The notes beneath the pieces are model-generated. The model was not told the DNA's origin. It saw only the letters and a list, made by a program, of their open reading frames with translations, and did no database searches. This document shows, piece after piece, positions 1 to 8,436 of a stretch of 58,559 nt of DNA (position 1 is the stretch's first letter; every line of letters starts with the position of its first letter). A program made the position numbers and the translations under genes. The DNA comes from Anaerolineae bacterium (GTDB lineage: Bacteria; Chloroflexota; Anaerolineae; B4-G1; DUEL01): positions 1-58,559 of the forward strand of contig JBDOIF010000149.1 in the NCBI GenBank assembly GCA_041082215.1. The letters are read 5' to 3'.

Positions 1-2
1 CG

Positions 3-806
3 TTTCTCCACTACCCTGACCACTTCGTCCCCAAGCTGGTGCAATACCTGAGCCGGGTAGTCCCTCGCTCTGTGGCCCGCGCCGACCGGGTGCTGGCCGA
101 TTCGGAGGCCACCCGCAACGACCTGATCCGCCTGCTGGGCACACCGCCAGAGAAGGTGGAGGTGCTCTACAGTGGGGTCTCCTCCCGTTTCCACCCGGAG
201 CGGGAGCCAGGGGAGCGGGAGCGGCTGCAGGCCCGCTACGGCTTCGGCGGGCAGCCCTACGTCCTCTCTGTGGGGACCCTCCAGCCGCGCAAGAACTTCG
301 TCCGCCTCATCCGCGCCTTTGCCTGCCTGAAGTTTCAGGGCCAACTGGTCATCGCCGGTGGGCGAGGCTGGCTCTACGAAGAAGTTCTGAAGGAAGCTGA
401 AAGATATGGGGATCGGGTCCGCATTCTGGGCTTCGTAAGGGAAGAGGACCTGCCAGCTCTTTACCGGAACGCCTCCCTTTTTGTCTTTCCCTCCTTCTAC
501 GAGGGATTCGGCCTGCCGGCGCTGGAGGCGATGGCCTGTGGTGTCCCTGTCGTCTGCTCAGAGGCCTCCAGCCTGCCGGAGGTGGTCGGAGGGGCCGGGC
601 TGCTTGTGAACCCCTGGGACGAGCAGGAAATAGCAGAAGCGATGGAACGGGCGCTGGAAGATGAAGAGTTGCGGCGGGAGATGGTCGCCCGTGGACTGGA
701 ACAGGCCGCCCGGTTCACGTGGGAGCGCGCCGCCCGCCAGTTGCTTTCCGCCTTCGAGCGCATCTTTGCAGTGCCTGATGGACGGAGAAAAACCACTCCC
801 GTTTGA
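3..806 (+). CDS. Glycosyltransferase family 4 (GT-B fold), 5'-truncated by the window edge
   Basis: Frame is open from position 3. Contains VGTLQPRKN and [21 protein letters not shown], the GT4 EX7E motif. Confidence 0.9.
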   Translation, partial: FLHYPDHFVPKLVQYLSRVVPRSVARADRVLADSEATRNDLIRLLGTPPEKVEVLYSGVSSRFHPEREPGERERLQARYGFGGQPYVLSVGTLQPRKNFVRLIRAFACLKFQGQLVIAGGRGWLYEEVLKEAERYGDRVRILGFVREEDLPALYRNASLFVFPSFYEGFGLPALEAMACGVPVVCSEASSLPEVVGGAGLLVNPWDEQEIAEAMERALEDEELRREMVARGLEQAARFTWERAARQLLSAFERIFAVPDGRRKTTPV

Positions 807-870
807 GTTTTTTCCACTTTCGGTGTATCATATCCCCCTGAGCGCATTCCACCAGGAAGCGAGGCCGCCG

Positions 871-1356
871 ATGAAAGTCATCCTGAAACAAGACGTTTCC
901 GGGCTGGGGACCAGGGGTGAAATCAAAGAAGTGGCCCCCGGATATGCCCGAAACTATCTGTTCCCCAGAGGGCTGGCCGAAGCGGCCACGCCCGGCTCGG
1001 TCAAAGCAATTCAGGAGCAACTGAAGGCCCAGGCAGCGCGGGAGACACGGCTGGCGGAGCGGGCAGCGGAGCTGGCGGGGAAGATCTCTGCCCTGACGCT
1101 GACCTTCCAGGCCAAAGCCGGCCCTACCGGCCGCCTCTACGGCTCCATCACCACGGCCGACATCGCCGAGGCCCTGGAGCACGCACTGGGCATCCCGTTC
1201 GACCGGCGGAAGGTCCTGAGCGACCCCCTGCGCGAGGTCGGCGAGCACAGGGTGGCGGTGCGCCTGAGCCACGAAGTGGAGGCACAGGTGCGGGTAGTGG
1301 TCCAGGCCGAAGGGGCAGAGGGTTCTGCCGGAGAGCTGGCAGAGTCGGATAGATAG
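871..1356 (+). CDS. rplI: 50S ribosomal protein L9
   Basis: [36 protein letters not shown] is the L9 N-terminal signature; GRLYGSIT lies in the C-domain. Start placed at ATG 871 rather than 661. Confidence 0.97.
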   Translation: MKVILKQDVSGLGTRGEIKEVAPGYARNYLFPRGLAEAATPGSVKAIQEQLKAQAARETRLAERAAELAGKISALTLTFQAKAGPTGRLYGSITTADIAEALEHALGIPFDRRKVLSDPLREVGEHRVAVRLSHEVEAQVRVVVQAEGAEGSAGELAESDR

Positions 1357-1363
1357 CAACGCA

Positions 1364-2194
1364 ATGGAAAACCTGAGCACCTGGCTACGAACAGCCCGCG
1401 AAGCCAGAGGCCTCACCTTCCGGGATGTCGAGGCGGCGATCCGCATCCGCGTCCGGTATCTGGAGGCGCTGGAAGCGGGGGATTACGACGTGATGCCCGG
1501 AGGGGAGCCACAGGTCCGCGGCTTCCTGCGCCGCTATGCCTCTTTCCTGGGCCTCTCCCCGGAAGAAGCCATTTCCCGCTACGAACAGGAGGTATACGGC
1601 GGCCGCCCGGAGCCAGCCCCCGTTGCCCGGCCCACCCCTCAACCTGCCGGCCTCACCCCCTCCCCGGAGAGGGCTGCCGCCCCCTTCCCCTGGCGCTGGC
1701 TTCAGGTCATCGGCGTGGTGGGGGTGGTGGCGCTGCTGGTGCTGGTGGGTGTGTGGCTGCTGGGCCGGTCCGGCCTGCCGGGCGGCAGGGAGACGACGCC
1801 TGCAGCGACTACCCCTATCCTGGAGGGGCTATCCCCCCTGCCCCCTGTGACGACCCCCATCACCCCTGCTCAGACCGCTGCGCCGCAGGCAACCCCCACC
1901 TTCCCCGTCGCAGCGGGCGGCGGCATCACGCTCACCCTCGAGCCTCTGGAGCACGTCTGGGTGCGGGTGGCAGTGGATGGGTTCGTGGCCTTCGAGGGCG
2001 TGCTCTCCCCTGAAACCCCCCAGAGCTGGGCCGGAGAGGAGCTGGTGGTGGTGGAAACGGGCAACGGGGCCGGGCTGATCGCCGTGGTCAACGGCCAGCC
2101 CCTGGGGACCCTGTGCGGGCGGGGGGAGGTCTGCGCCCGGGGGTGGGGGCCGGAAGGCGAAGTCGAGGTCCCGCCGCCATCGGAATCCCCATGA
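1364..2194 (+). CDS. RodZ-like protein (N-terminal HTH, single TM helix, C-terminal DUF4115-like domain)
   Basis: HTH region LRTAREARGLT...IRVRYLEALEAG...VRGFLRRYASFLGL, a hydrophobic TM segment, a Pro/Thr-rich linker, and C-terminal WVRVAVDG...GNGAG. Confidence 0.85.
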   Translation: MENLSTWLRTAREARGLTFRDVEAAIRIRVRYLEALEAGDYDVMPGGEPQVRGFLRRYASFLGLSPEEAISRYEQEVYGGRPEPAPVARPTPQPAGLTPSPERAAAPFPWRWLQVIGVVGVVALLVLVGVWLLGRSGLPGGRETTPAATTPILEGLSPLPPVTTPITPAQTAAPQATPTFPVAAGGGITLTLEPLEHVWVRVAVDGFVAFEGVLSPETPQSWAGEELVVVETGNGAGLIAVVNGQPLGTLCGRGEVCARGWGPEGEVEVPPPSESP

Positions 2195-2216
2195 AAACCG
2201 CAGAGATGCGGAGAAT

Positions 2217-3254
2217 TCAGAGAAGCAGCGCAGATCCGCCCACGTCTCCGCGTCTCCCTGTCCCTGCGTCTCTGTGTCCGCCTAACTCCCCCTCCAGATA
2301 TCGGCGCACCAGGTCCAGCGCAGCCTCAGCGGAGGCGGCCTTATTGGCCCACCGGTCCCCCTTCCAGACATGCCGTTCCACCCACTCCCCATCCGGTGTG
2401 GCCAGCGCGATGTAGACCAGCCCCACTGGCTTCTCCGGCGTCCCGCCGGTGGGACCGGCGACCCCCGTCACCGCCAATCCCAGGTCGGCCCCCAGCACTC
2501 GCCGGACCCCCTCCGCCATCTCCCGCGCCGTCTCCTCACTGACCGCCCCGTGCCGGCAGAGCGTATCGTGACGCACCCCCAGAAGCGCCTCTTTGACCTC
2601 GTTGGCGTAGGCCGTGACCGATCCTGGATAGTAGTCGGAGCTGCCCGGCACGTCGGTGATGCGGTGGCTGATCAACCCCCCGGTGCAGGATTCGGCCACC
2701 GCCAGCTTCAGCCCCCGCTCCCGCAGGAGCCTTCCCACCACAGCCTCCAGTAGTTCCCCCATTCCTTCCTCCGTCTCCGGCACGAAAGGCTCCAGTCCCT
2801 GCGCCGCCTGCTCCCGCAACCAGGCCAGCGCCGCCAGCCCCGCCGCCCGTTCGCCAGCAGCCAGCGGCAGAGCGGCGAACTCCTCCTTATCCAGCTCCAT
2901 CACCCGCCCCCCTGAGTCCACCCACAGGTCCAGCGCCAGGTCCTCCGCGCTGACCTCCGTCTCGGTGATCCGGGCCGGACGGCAGATGTTGCAGTACCAC
3001 CCCTTCAGCCGGCCGTCGGCGGCGTGGATCTCGAAGACATTGTACCACCGATCGGCATAGAAACGCTCCCGCCACCGGTCCCCTGGCTCCAGGACCACAT
3101 ACCCCAGGTCCAGCGGCGGCCGTTCCCAGCGGGTGTCCAGGACCACCGATGCAGGTGTGCGGGCCACGACCCGGCCAGGGTAGGCCGTCACCTCCCTGCC
3201 CTCCGAGTCCAGCTTCCGTACCACCACCCACTCCGCCCCCATAATTTTCTCCAT
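2217..3254 (-). CDS. Fusion of a DUF402 domain and a CinA/PncC (NMN deamidase) domain
   Basis: N-terminal part has WYNVFEI...GWYCNI...EDLALDLWV (DUF402). C-terminal part has LAVAESCTGGLI...GAVSEETAREMAEG...TGVAGPTGG...KPVGLVYIA (CinA C-domain). Start is ATG 3254 or 3242. Confidence 0.85.
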   Translation of the reverse strand: MEKIMGAEWVVVRKLDSEGREVTAYPGRVVARTPASVVLDTRWERPPLDLGYVVLEPGDRWRERFYADRWYNVFEIHAADGRLKGWYCNICRPARITETEVSAEDLALDLWVDSGGRVMELDKEEFAALPLAAGERAAGLAALAWLREQAAQGLEPFVPETEEGMGELLEAVVGRLLRERGLKLAVAESCTGGLISHRITDVPGSSDYYPGSVTAYANEVKEALLGVRHDTLCRHGAVSEETAREMAEGVRRVLGADLGLAVTGVAGPTGGTPEKPVGLVYIALATPDGEWVERHVWKGDRWANKAASAEAALDLVRRYLEGELGGHRDAGTGRRGDVGGSALLL

Positions 3255-3340
3255 CAAAATTGTACCCGACAAGGGGCAAGAGCACAAAAATGAGCTGGAC
3301 AGAACCCCCGCCGGTGGTATAATCCTCTCAGGGGACAGGA

Positions 3341-4576
3341 GTGGAAAACACACCGACGGTTCAACTGACCGGCATGGCCCACGGCGGTGCAGCGTTCGGG
3401 CGGCACGAAGGAAAGGTCTACTTTGTCCCCTATGCCCTGCCCGGCGAAACGGTGCGGATAGAGGTGATCGAAGACCGCGGCCGGTACGCCCACGCCCGAT
3501 TGCTGGAGGTGCTGGAACCATCGCCGGACCGGGTCCCCCCACCCTGTCCCTACTTCGGGCCGGAGGGATGCGGCGGTTGCCAGTGGCAGCACATCGCCTA
3601 CGAGGCGCAGCTCCGGCTCAAAACGGAAGTGGTGACGGACCAGATGGCCCGCGTTGGCCGGATTCCCGAGCCACCGGTGCGCCCCACCCTGCCCGACCCC
3701 ACCGGCTGGGCCTACCGGAACCAGGCCCGCTTTCACCCCGCTCCCGAAGGGGGCCTGGGCTTCCGCACCACTGCCAGCCACCGGGTCGTGCCCATCGAGA
3801 GTTGTCTGATCCTTCACCCCCTCCTCTCTGGCCTCTTCGATGCGCTCGACCTGGACCTGCCCGGCCTTTCCGCCATCACCCTGCGGGCCGGGATCGCCAC
3901 CGGGGAGCGGATGCTGGTTCTGGAAACAGAAGGAGACGAACCCCCCTTGGTTCAGCTCGACCTCCCTGCCTCATGTGTGCTGCTCCTTTCCGACGGCACA
4001 CCGGTCAACCTGATCGGCCAGAACCACTTTACCGAGATCGTGGCGGATCGCTCCTACCGCGTCTCCGCCCCCTCTTTCTTCCAGGTCAACACCCCCCAGG
4101 CCGGAGAGCTGGTCCGGCTGGCGATGGAAGGGCTGGACCCCCAGGAAGACGACACGATCCTGGACGGCTACTGCGGCGTGGGCCTCTTCACCATCCCCCT
4201 GGCGGAGCGGGCCGGGCTGGTGTTGGGGGTGGAAAGCCAGCCCGCGGCGGTCGAGGACCTGCTGGAAAACACCGCCAGGATGGAGAACGTGGAGGTGATC
4301 GAGGGGCCGGTAGAGGCGGTGCTGGCGGACCTGGAGGAAGGGCTGGACGGGGCGCTGGTGGACCCCCCGCGCACCGGCCTGACACGGGAGGCGCTGGACG
4401 GACTGGTCGGCGCCCGTCCTCGCCGCATCCTCTACGTCTCCTGCGACCCCGCCACCCTCGCCCGCGACGGGCAACGGCTGACGAAGGCGGGCTATCGGCT
4501 GAGCTGGGTCCAGCCGGTGGACATGTTCCCGCAAACCTATCACATTGAGACGGTGAGCTTATGGGTGCGCGAGTGA
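3341..4576 (+). CDS. rlmD: 23S rRNA m5U methyltransferase, RlmD/RumA family, with TRAM domain
   Basis: Fe-S motif CPYFGPEGCGGCQWQH, plus SFFQVN, DGYCGVG, DPPRTG, YVSCDPATLARD and DMFPQTYHIE. TGGTATAAT at 3315-3323 upstream. Confidence 0.92.
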   Translation: MENTPTVQLTGMAHGGAAFGRHEGKVYFVPYALPGETVRIEVIEDRGRYAHARLLEVLEPSPDRVPPPCPYFGPEGCGGCQWQHIAYEAQLRLKTEVVTDQMARVGRIPEPPVRPTLPDPTGWAYRNQARFHPAPEGGLGFRTTASHRVVPIESCLILHPLLSGLFDALDLDLPGLSAITLRAGIATGERMLVLETEGDEPPLVQLDLPASCVLLLSDGTPVNLIGQNHFTEIVADRSYRVSAPSFFQVNTPQAGELVRLAMEGLDPQEDDTILDGYCGVGLFTIPLAERAGLVLGVESQPAAVEDLLENTARMENVEVIEGPVEAVLADLEEGLDGALVDPPRTGLTREALDGLVGARPRRILYVSCDPATLARDGQRLTKAGYRLSWVQPVDMFPQTYHIETVSLWVRE

Positions 4577-6342
4577 GCTTCCGCTCCCTGCTTCTCCCCG
4601 TCCTCCTCCTGTTCCTGACCGCCTGTTTACCTGCCCTTCCCACCACTCCCCCCACGCTTCCCCCCACCTCCATTCCTTCTACTCCCACCATCTCCCCTTC
4701 TCCCACCCCAACAGTTACCCCCACTCCCTCCGACCTCTACCTCACACGGGACGACGTCTTCCTCTACCCCGGCCCCGAACTCTATACCGGCGATGTGGTC
4801 ACCTTCGACGTGACGCCGCACAACCTGGAGGGGATTGACCTTCAGGCGCTTAAAGTCCGCATCTATCATCAGACCCCTGATGGGGCGAAGGTGATCGCCG
4901 AGGGCGGGGTGGACTACCCCTCCTTCGACGGCGTCCCCCGCGCCCGCTTTGTCTGGGCCTGGAATACCGCCGGGCTGGAAGGGGTACAGCACCTTACCGT
5001 GCGTCTCGACCCCGACGACCGCATCCAGGAGGGAGACGAGAACCCCGCCAACAACAGCGTCACCCTCATCGTCCGGCTGCTGCCCGCCGCCGACCGGCCT
5101 CCCCCCGAAGCCGGCGCCGCCTGGGCCACCACCACCACCGAGTGCTGCATCCTCCACTATCTCACCGGCACAGCCGCCGAACGGGACCTGGATGAGATCG
5201 CCGCCACCGTCCAGCGAGCGGTGGACTTTGCCCAGGAGCGGGTCGGGGCACGTCTCTCCGCCCCTCTGGAAGTCTACCTGGTCGGCCGGGTGATCGCCCA
5301 CGGGGGATATGCACAGAAGGCGCTCACCGTCTCCTACCTGGACCGCCACTACGCCGGCTCCGACCTGGAATCGGTGGTCCGTCACGAAGCGACCCACATA
5401 CTGGATTCGGAAGCGCTGGCCGAATGGGCCCCTGCGCTGGTGCGGGAGGGGCTGGCGGTCTGGGCCACCGGCGGCCATTTCAAGCCGGAACCGATCGCCC
5501 ATCGGGCGGCCGCTCTCCTCGAATTGGGCTGGTATATCCCGCTGGGCAAACTGGCAAACGACTTCTACCGCCAGCAACACGAGATCGGCTATCTGGAGGG
5601 AGCGGCCTTCGTCACCTATTTGATCGAGACTTACGGCTGGGAGGGGTTCCGGCGGTTCTACACCTCCTTCGATGCCGCCAGCGAAACCCCGGCTGAGGCC
5701 CTGAACAGAGCGCTGGCAAAGAGCCTGAGAGTGGGACTGTCCCAGGCGGAGGGGGGCTTCCTGGAATGGCTGGAAGATTATCCCCCCTCTCCCCAGGACG
5801 TGAGGGATCTGGAGCTGACGGTCCGCCTCTTCAACACGGTGCGCCGCTACCAGGAACGGTACGACCCCTGGGCCTATTTCCTTACCGGCTGGCTCCCCGA
5901 TCCGACAGTGGCCGAGCCGATGGGGATCGTGGCCGACTTTCTACGCCATCCCCGCGAGCCGGAGAACATTGCCCTGGAGACCATGCTGATCGGCGCTCAG
6001 GAGGCTTTGCGGACCGGCGATTTCGGCCAGGCGGAGGCTCTGCTGGATGGGGTGGACCGGGTGCTGGCCGAAGGGACGTTCGCCCGATCGCCGGAGGCGG
6101 ATTATCTGGCGGTTGTGAAGACGCTGGCTGCTGATGGATATGAGACCCAGCGGATCGAGCTGACCCCCACCTCTGCCCGCGTCCAGGCCATCGCCCGATG
6201 GCCCGTCCTCACCGAGCTCACCCTCGAGATAGATAAAAACAAAACGAACAAGCGGATGGGCGAATTGCCCCTTTATTGCGCGGTCAGTTGGGCGGGCCAC
6301 GGCGGAAATTCGGGTGGGTCGTCGTCGAACCAGGCCCCGTAG
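4573..6342 (+). CDS. Lipoprotein with CARDB-like Ig domain and HExxH metallopeptidase-like domain
   Basis: GTG start overlaps the rlmD stop (GTGA). Lipobox LFLTAC, Pro/Thr linker, CARDB-like LDPDDRIQEGDENPANN, then RHEATH...REGLA (gluzincin pattern). Confidence 0.7.
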   Translation: MSFRSLLLPVLLLFLTACLPALPTTPPTLPPTSIPSTPTISPSPTPTVTPTPSDLYLTRDDVFLYPGPELYTGDVVTFDVTPHNLEGIDLQALKVRIYHQTPDGAKVIAEGGVDYPSFDGVPRARFVWAWNTAGLEGVQHLTVRLDPDDRIQEGDENPANNSVTLIVRLLPAADRPPPEAGAAWATTTTECCILHYLTGTAAERDLDEIAATVQRAVDFAQERVGARLSAPLEVYLVGRVIAHGGYAQKALTVSYLDRHYAGSDLESVVRHEATHILDSEALAEWAPALVREGLAVWATGGHFKPEPIAHRAAALLELGWYIPLGKLANDFYRQQHEIGYLEGAAFVTYLIETYGWEGFRRFYTSFDAASETPAEALNRALAKSLRVGLSQAEGGFLEWLEDYPPSPQDVRDLELTVRLFNTVRRYQERYDPWAYFLTGWLPDPTVAEPMGIVADFLRHPREPENIALETMLIGAQEALRTGDFGQAEALLDGVDRVLAEGTFARSPEADYLAVVKTLAADGYETQRIELTPTSARVQAIARWPVLTELTLEIDKNKTNKRMGELPLYCAVSWAGHGGNSGGSSSNQAP

Positions 6343-7967
6343 ACTGCCGCGAAGCTCCCGTCCTGCGCCATCGCCTGCAGGGTCAGGTTCACCCGGTCGC
6401 GGAAGGCCGAATCCCCCGGCGGGAGGGCGAAAGCCAGCGGCACGCGGGTCAGCCGGTCGGCGGTGACGCCGAGGCCAGGGGTGGCGTAGGCTGGCCCCAG
6501 CATCTCCACACGTTCCCCCGCCACGGCGATCACCTCTCCCGCTGTCAGCGCTGCCACCGCTTCCTCCAGGGTGGCTTTGGGCAGAAGCGCTACCGCCACT
6601 CCCGCCGATTGGGCCGCCTGTCGTAACACGTCGGCGGCATCGGTCCCCACGACCGCCGCCACCGTCTGCCCATCCAGCCCGGCGATCCCCTCCGGTACGG
6701 CCCCCGCCCGCACCATCAACCCCACCCCACCGACATAGGTCGTCAGGCTGAAATCCGCCGCAAGTTCCGCTTCCCGCGTGTGCGGAACCGCCCCGATCAG
6801 CAGGTCCACCTCGCCGCCGGCCACCATCCGCAGCCCTTCCTCCGGCGTCGCAGGCAGAAAATCCACCGCCGTCCGGTCCCCCAACCACCGCTCTGCCATC
6901 AGCCTCACCAGATGGACCTCGTAGCCAGCGGGTTCTCCGGCCTCGTTCAGGTACGCAAACGGTGGCCGGTCCGCCACCATCGCCACCCGCAGCCGTCCCC
7001 GGGCCTGGATGGCCCCCAGGGTATCGGGCGGGCGGGCCACGACCCGCACCGTCTCCAGCGCCGCCGTCGCCGCGCCGGGCCAGAGTTCGACCGTCGGGAC
7101 GGAATCGCCGGGGAACCAGCGGTCGTAGAGGTCGTAGAACGTGCCGTCGGCGTACATCTCCTGAAGGGTGAGGGCCACCAGATCGGCCAGACCCGGCTCG
7201 TTCGGCGCGTAGGCCGGGGCGAGGAGAAAGCGGCTGTACTGGCCCACGACAGCGGTCCCGGGCACCTCTCTCAATCCGCGCACCAGCCTCCGCCGCAGGT
7301 CGGCTACCGCTGCGACCTCCCCCCGCTGAAGCCCTCCCAGCGCCTGGTCGAAGCGGGTGTAGGCGACCAGAGTGGGCGTGAAGGGGACGGCAGCCGTCAG
7401 CGCCGCCTCTGCCCCCGATCCCTCCACCACCCCCACCGGAAGCCCCGCCAGGTCAGTCAGGGCGGTGATCGTCAGCACGTCGCCGGTCCGCACCAGCAGC
7501 GCCTGCCCATCCTCAAAAAGCGGCGGGCCGAAATCCACCCGCCCTTCCAGTTCCTGAGTGTGGGCCAGCGCCGTGAGCGTCAGGTCCACATCGCCTGCCA
7601 GGATGTGATCGGCAGCGGTGTCGGTGCGGACCTGGCGGAACCGGACCGCGCTGGCATCCCCCAGCCAGCGGCGGGCCAGCTCCCGCGCCAGCTCCACGTC
7701 GAAGCCGGAAAGCTCCCCCTCTTCCGTGACATAGCCGAAAGGAGGCAGGTCATACCGGATGCCGACGATGAGGTAGCCCCGGGCGCGGATGCGGGCCGGG
7801 ACCGAGGCCCCGAGCGGAAGAGGGGTGGGCGTGGGAGTGGGGGTCGGGGTGGGTGGGGAAGTAGCCTGGCCGGTGCAGGAGATCAGGATCAACCCTGCCA
7901 GCAGCACACAGAGCAGGCCAGATAAGCCCCCAGACCGGTTGCGGCTGGATGCAACTGCCTGGACCAT
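6273..7967 (-). CDS. Polar amino acid ABC substrate-binding lipoprotein with two tandem family-3 SBP domains
   Basis: Lipobox ILISC. Two repeats of the SBP_bac_3 pattern: IRARGYLIVGIRYDLPPFG...GFDVELAR and IQARGRLRVAMVADRPPFA...GYEVHLVR. Confidence 0.85.
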   Translation of the reverse strand: MVQAVASSRNRSGGLSGLLCVLLAGLILISCTGQATSPPTPTPTPTPTPLPLGASVPARIRARGYLIVGIRYDLPPFGYVTEEGELSGFDVELARELARRWLGDASAVRFRQVRTDTAADHILAGDVDLTLTALAHTQELEGRVDFGPPLFEDGQALLVRTGDVLTITALTDLAGLPVGVVEGSGAEAALTAAVPFTPTLVAYTRFDQALGGLQRGEVAAVADLRRRLVRGLREVPGTAVVGQYSRFLLAPAYAPNEPGLADLVALTLQEMYADGTFYDLYDRWFPGDSVPTVELWPGAATAALETVRVVARPPDTLGAIQARGRLRVAMVADRPPFAYLNEAGEPAGYEVHLVRLMAERWLGDRTAVDFLPATPEEGLRMVAGGEVDLLIGAVPHTREAELAADFSLTTYVGGVGLMVRAGAVPEGIAGLDGQTVAAVVGTDAADVLRQAAQSAGVAVALLPKATLEEAVAALTAGEVIAVAGERVEMLGPAYATPGLGVTADRLTRVPLAFALPPGDSAFRDRVNLTLQAMAQDGSFAAVYGAWFDDDPPEFPPWPAQLTAQ

Positions 7968-7980
7968 AGGTCGTCCGTCG

Positions 7981-8436
7981 TCAATCCAGATGCCCCTTGG
8001 CCCGGTCAATGCCGCGCATCCCACCCCACCGCTGGACAATCTGCTCGTCGAACAGGTCCGCGGTCTGCGAGACAGCCAGGACGGATGCGCGCAGCTCCTC
8101 CTTGTCGCAGGTAGAGCCTACGATGGAGTGCTCAAAGAAGATGTCCCCATCCCCATCTATGCCGAAGGCGCCGAAGCGCTTGGTATCGTTCTCCCGCAGG
8201 AGAAAATGGAGAAGGTCGGGGGCCAGATCGCTTCCGTAAGTAACGTAGGCACGCACAGTGATGGTCGCATCGTCGTCTCCCCAGGGTGTCACCACAATGT
8301 GCGTCAGGGTCGTGCCCGCCGGGACGACGAAAGCGGGTTTATCGGGTATCACCTGAACCATCTCCCCGAAAAGTTGCCGGAGTTGCTGACCCACTTTCTT
8401 GTAAACATCTTCCTGAGCGCGGGTCCTGAAGCTCAT
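7981..8436 (-). CDS. YbjN / T3SS-chaperone-like domain protein
   Basis: 151 aa; LLHFLLRENDTKRFGAFGIDGDGDIFFEHSIVGSTCDKEEL fits the YbjN family. Its ATG overlaps the stop of the Clp gene. Confidence 0.75.
   Translation of the reverse strand: MSFRTRAQEDVYKKVGQQLRQLFGEMVQVIPDKPAFVVPAGTTLTHIVVTPWGDDDATITVRAYVTYGSDLAPDLLHFLLRENDTKRFGAFGIDGDGDIFFEHSIVGSTCDKEELRASVLAVSQTADLFDEQIVQRWGGMRGIDRAKGHLD

Noticed and set aside
661..870. Upstream extensions of ORF-track calls (rplI from 661; similarly 3542, 14082, 14775, 22470, 35979, 45683 and 53664)
   Set aside because: They overlap neighbouring genes or leaders; family homology and SD sites point to the downstream starts used here.
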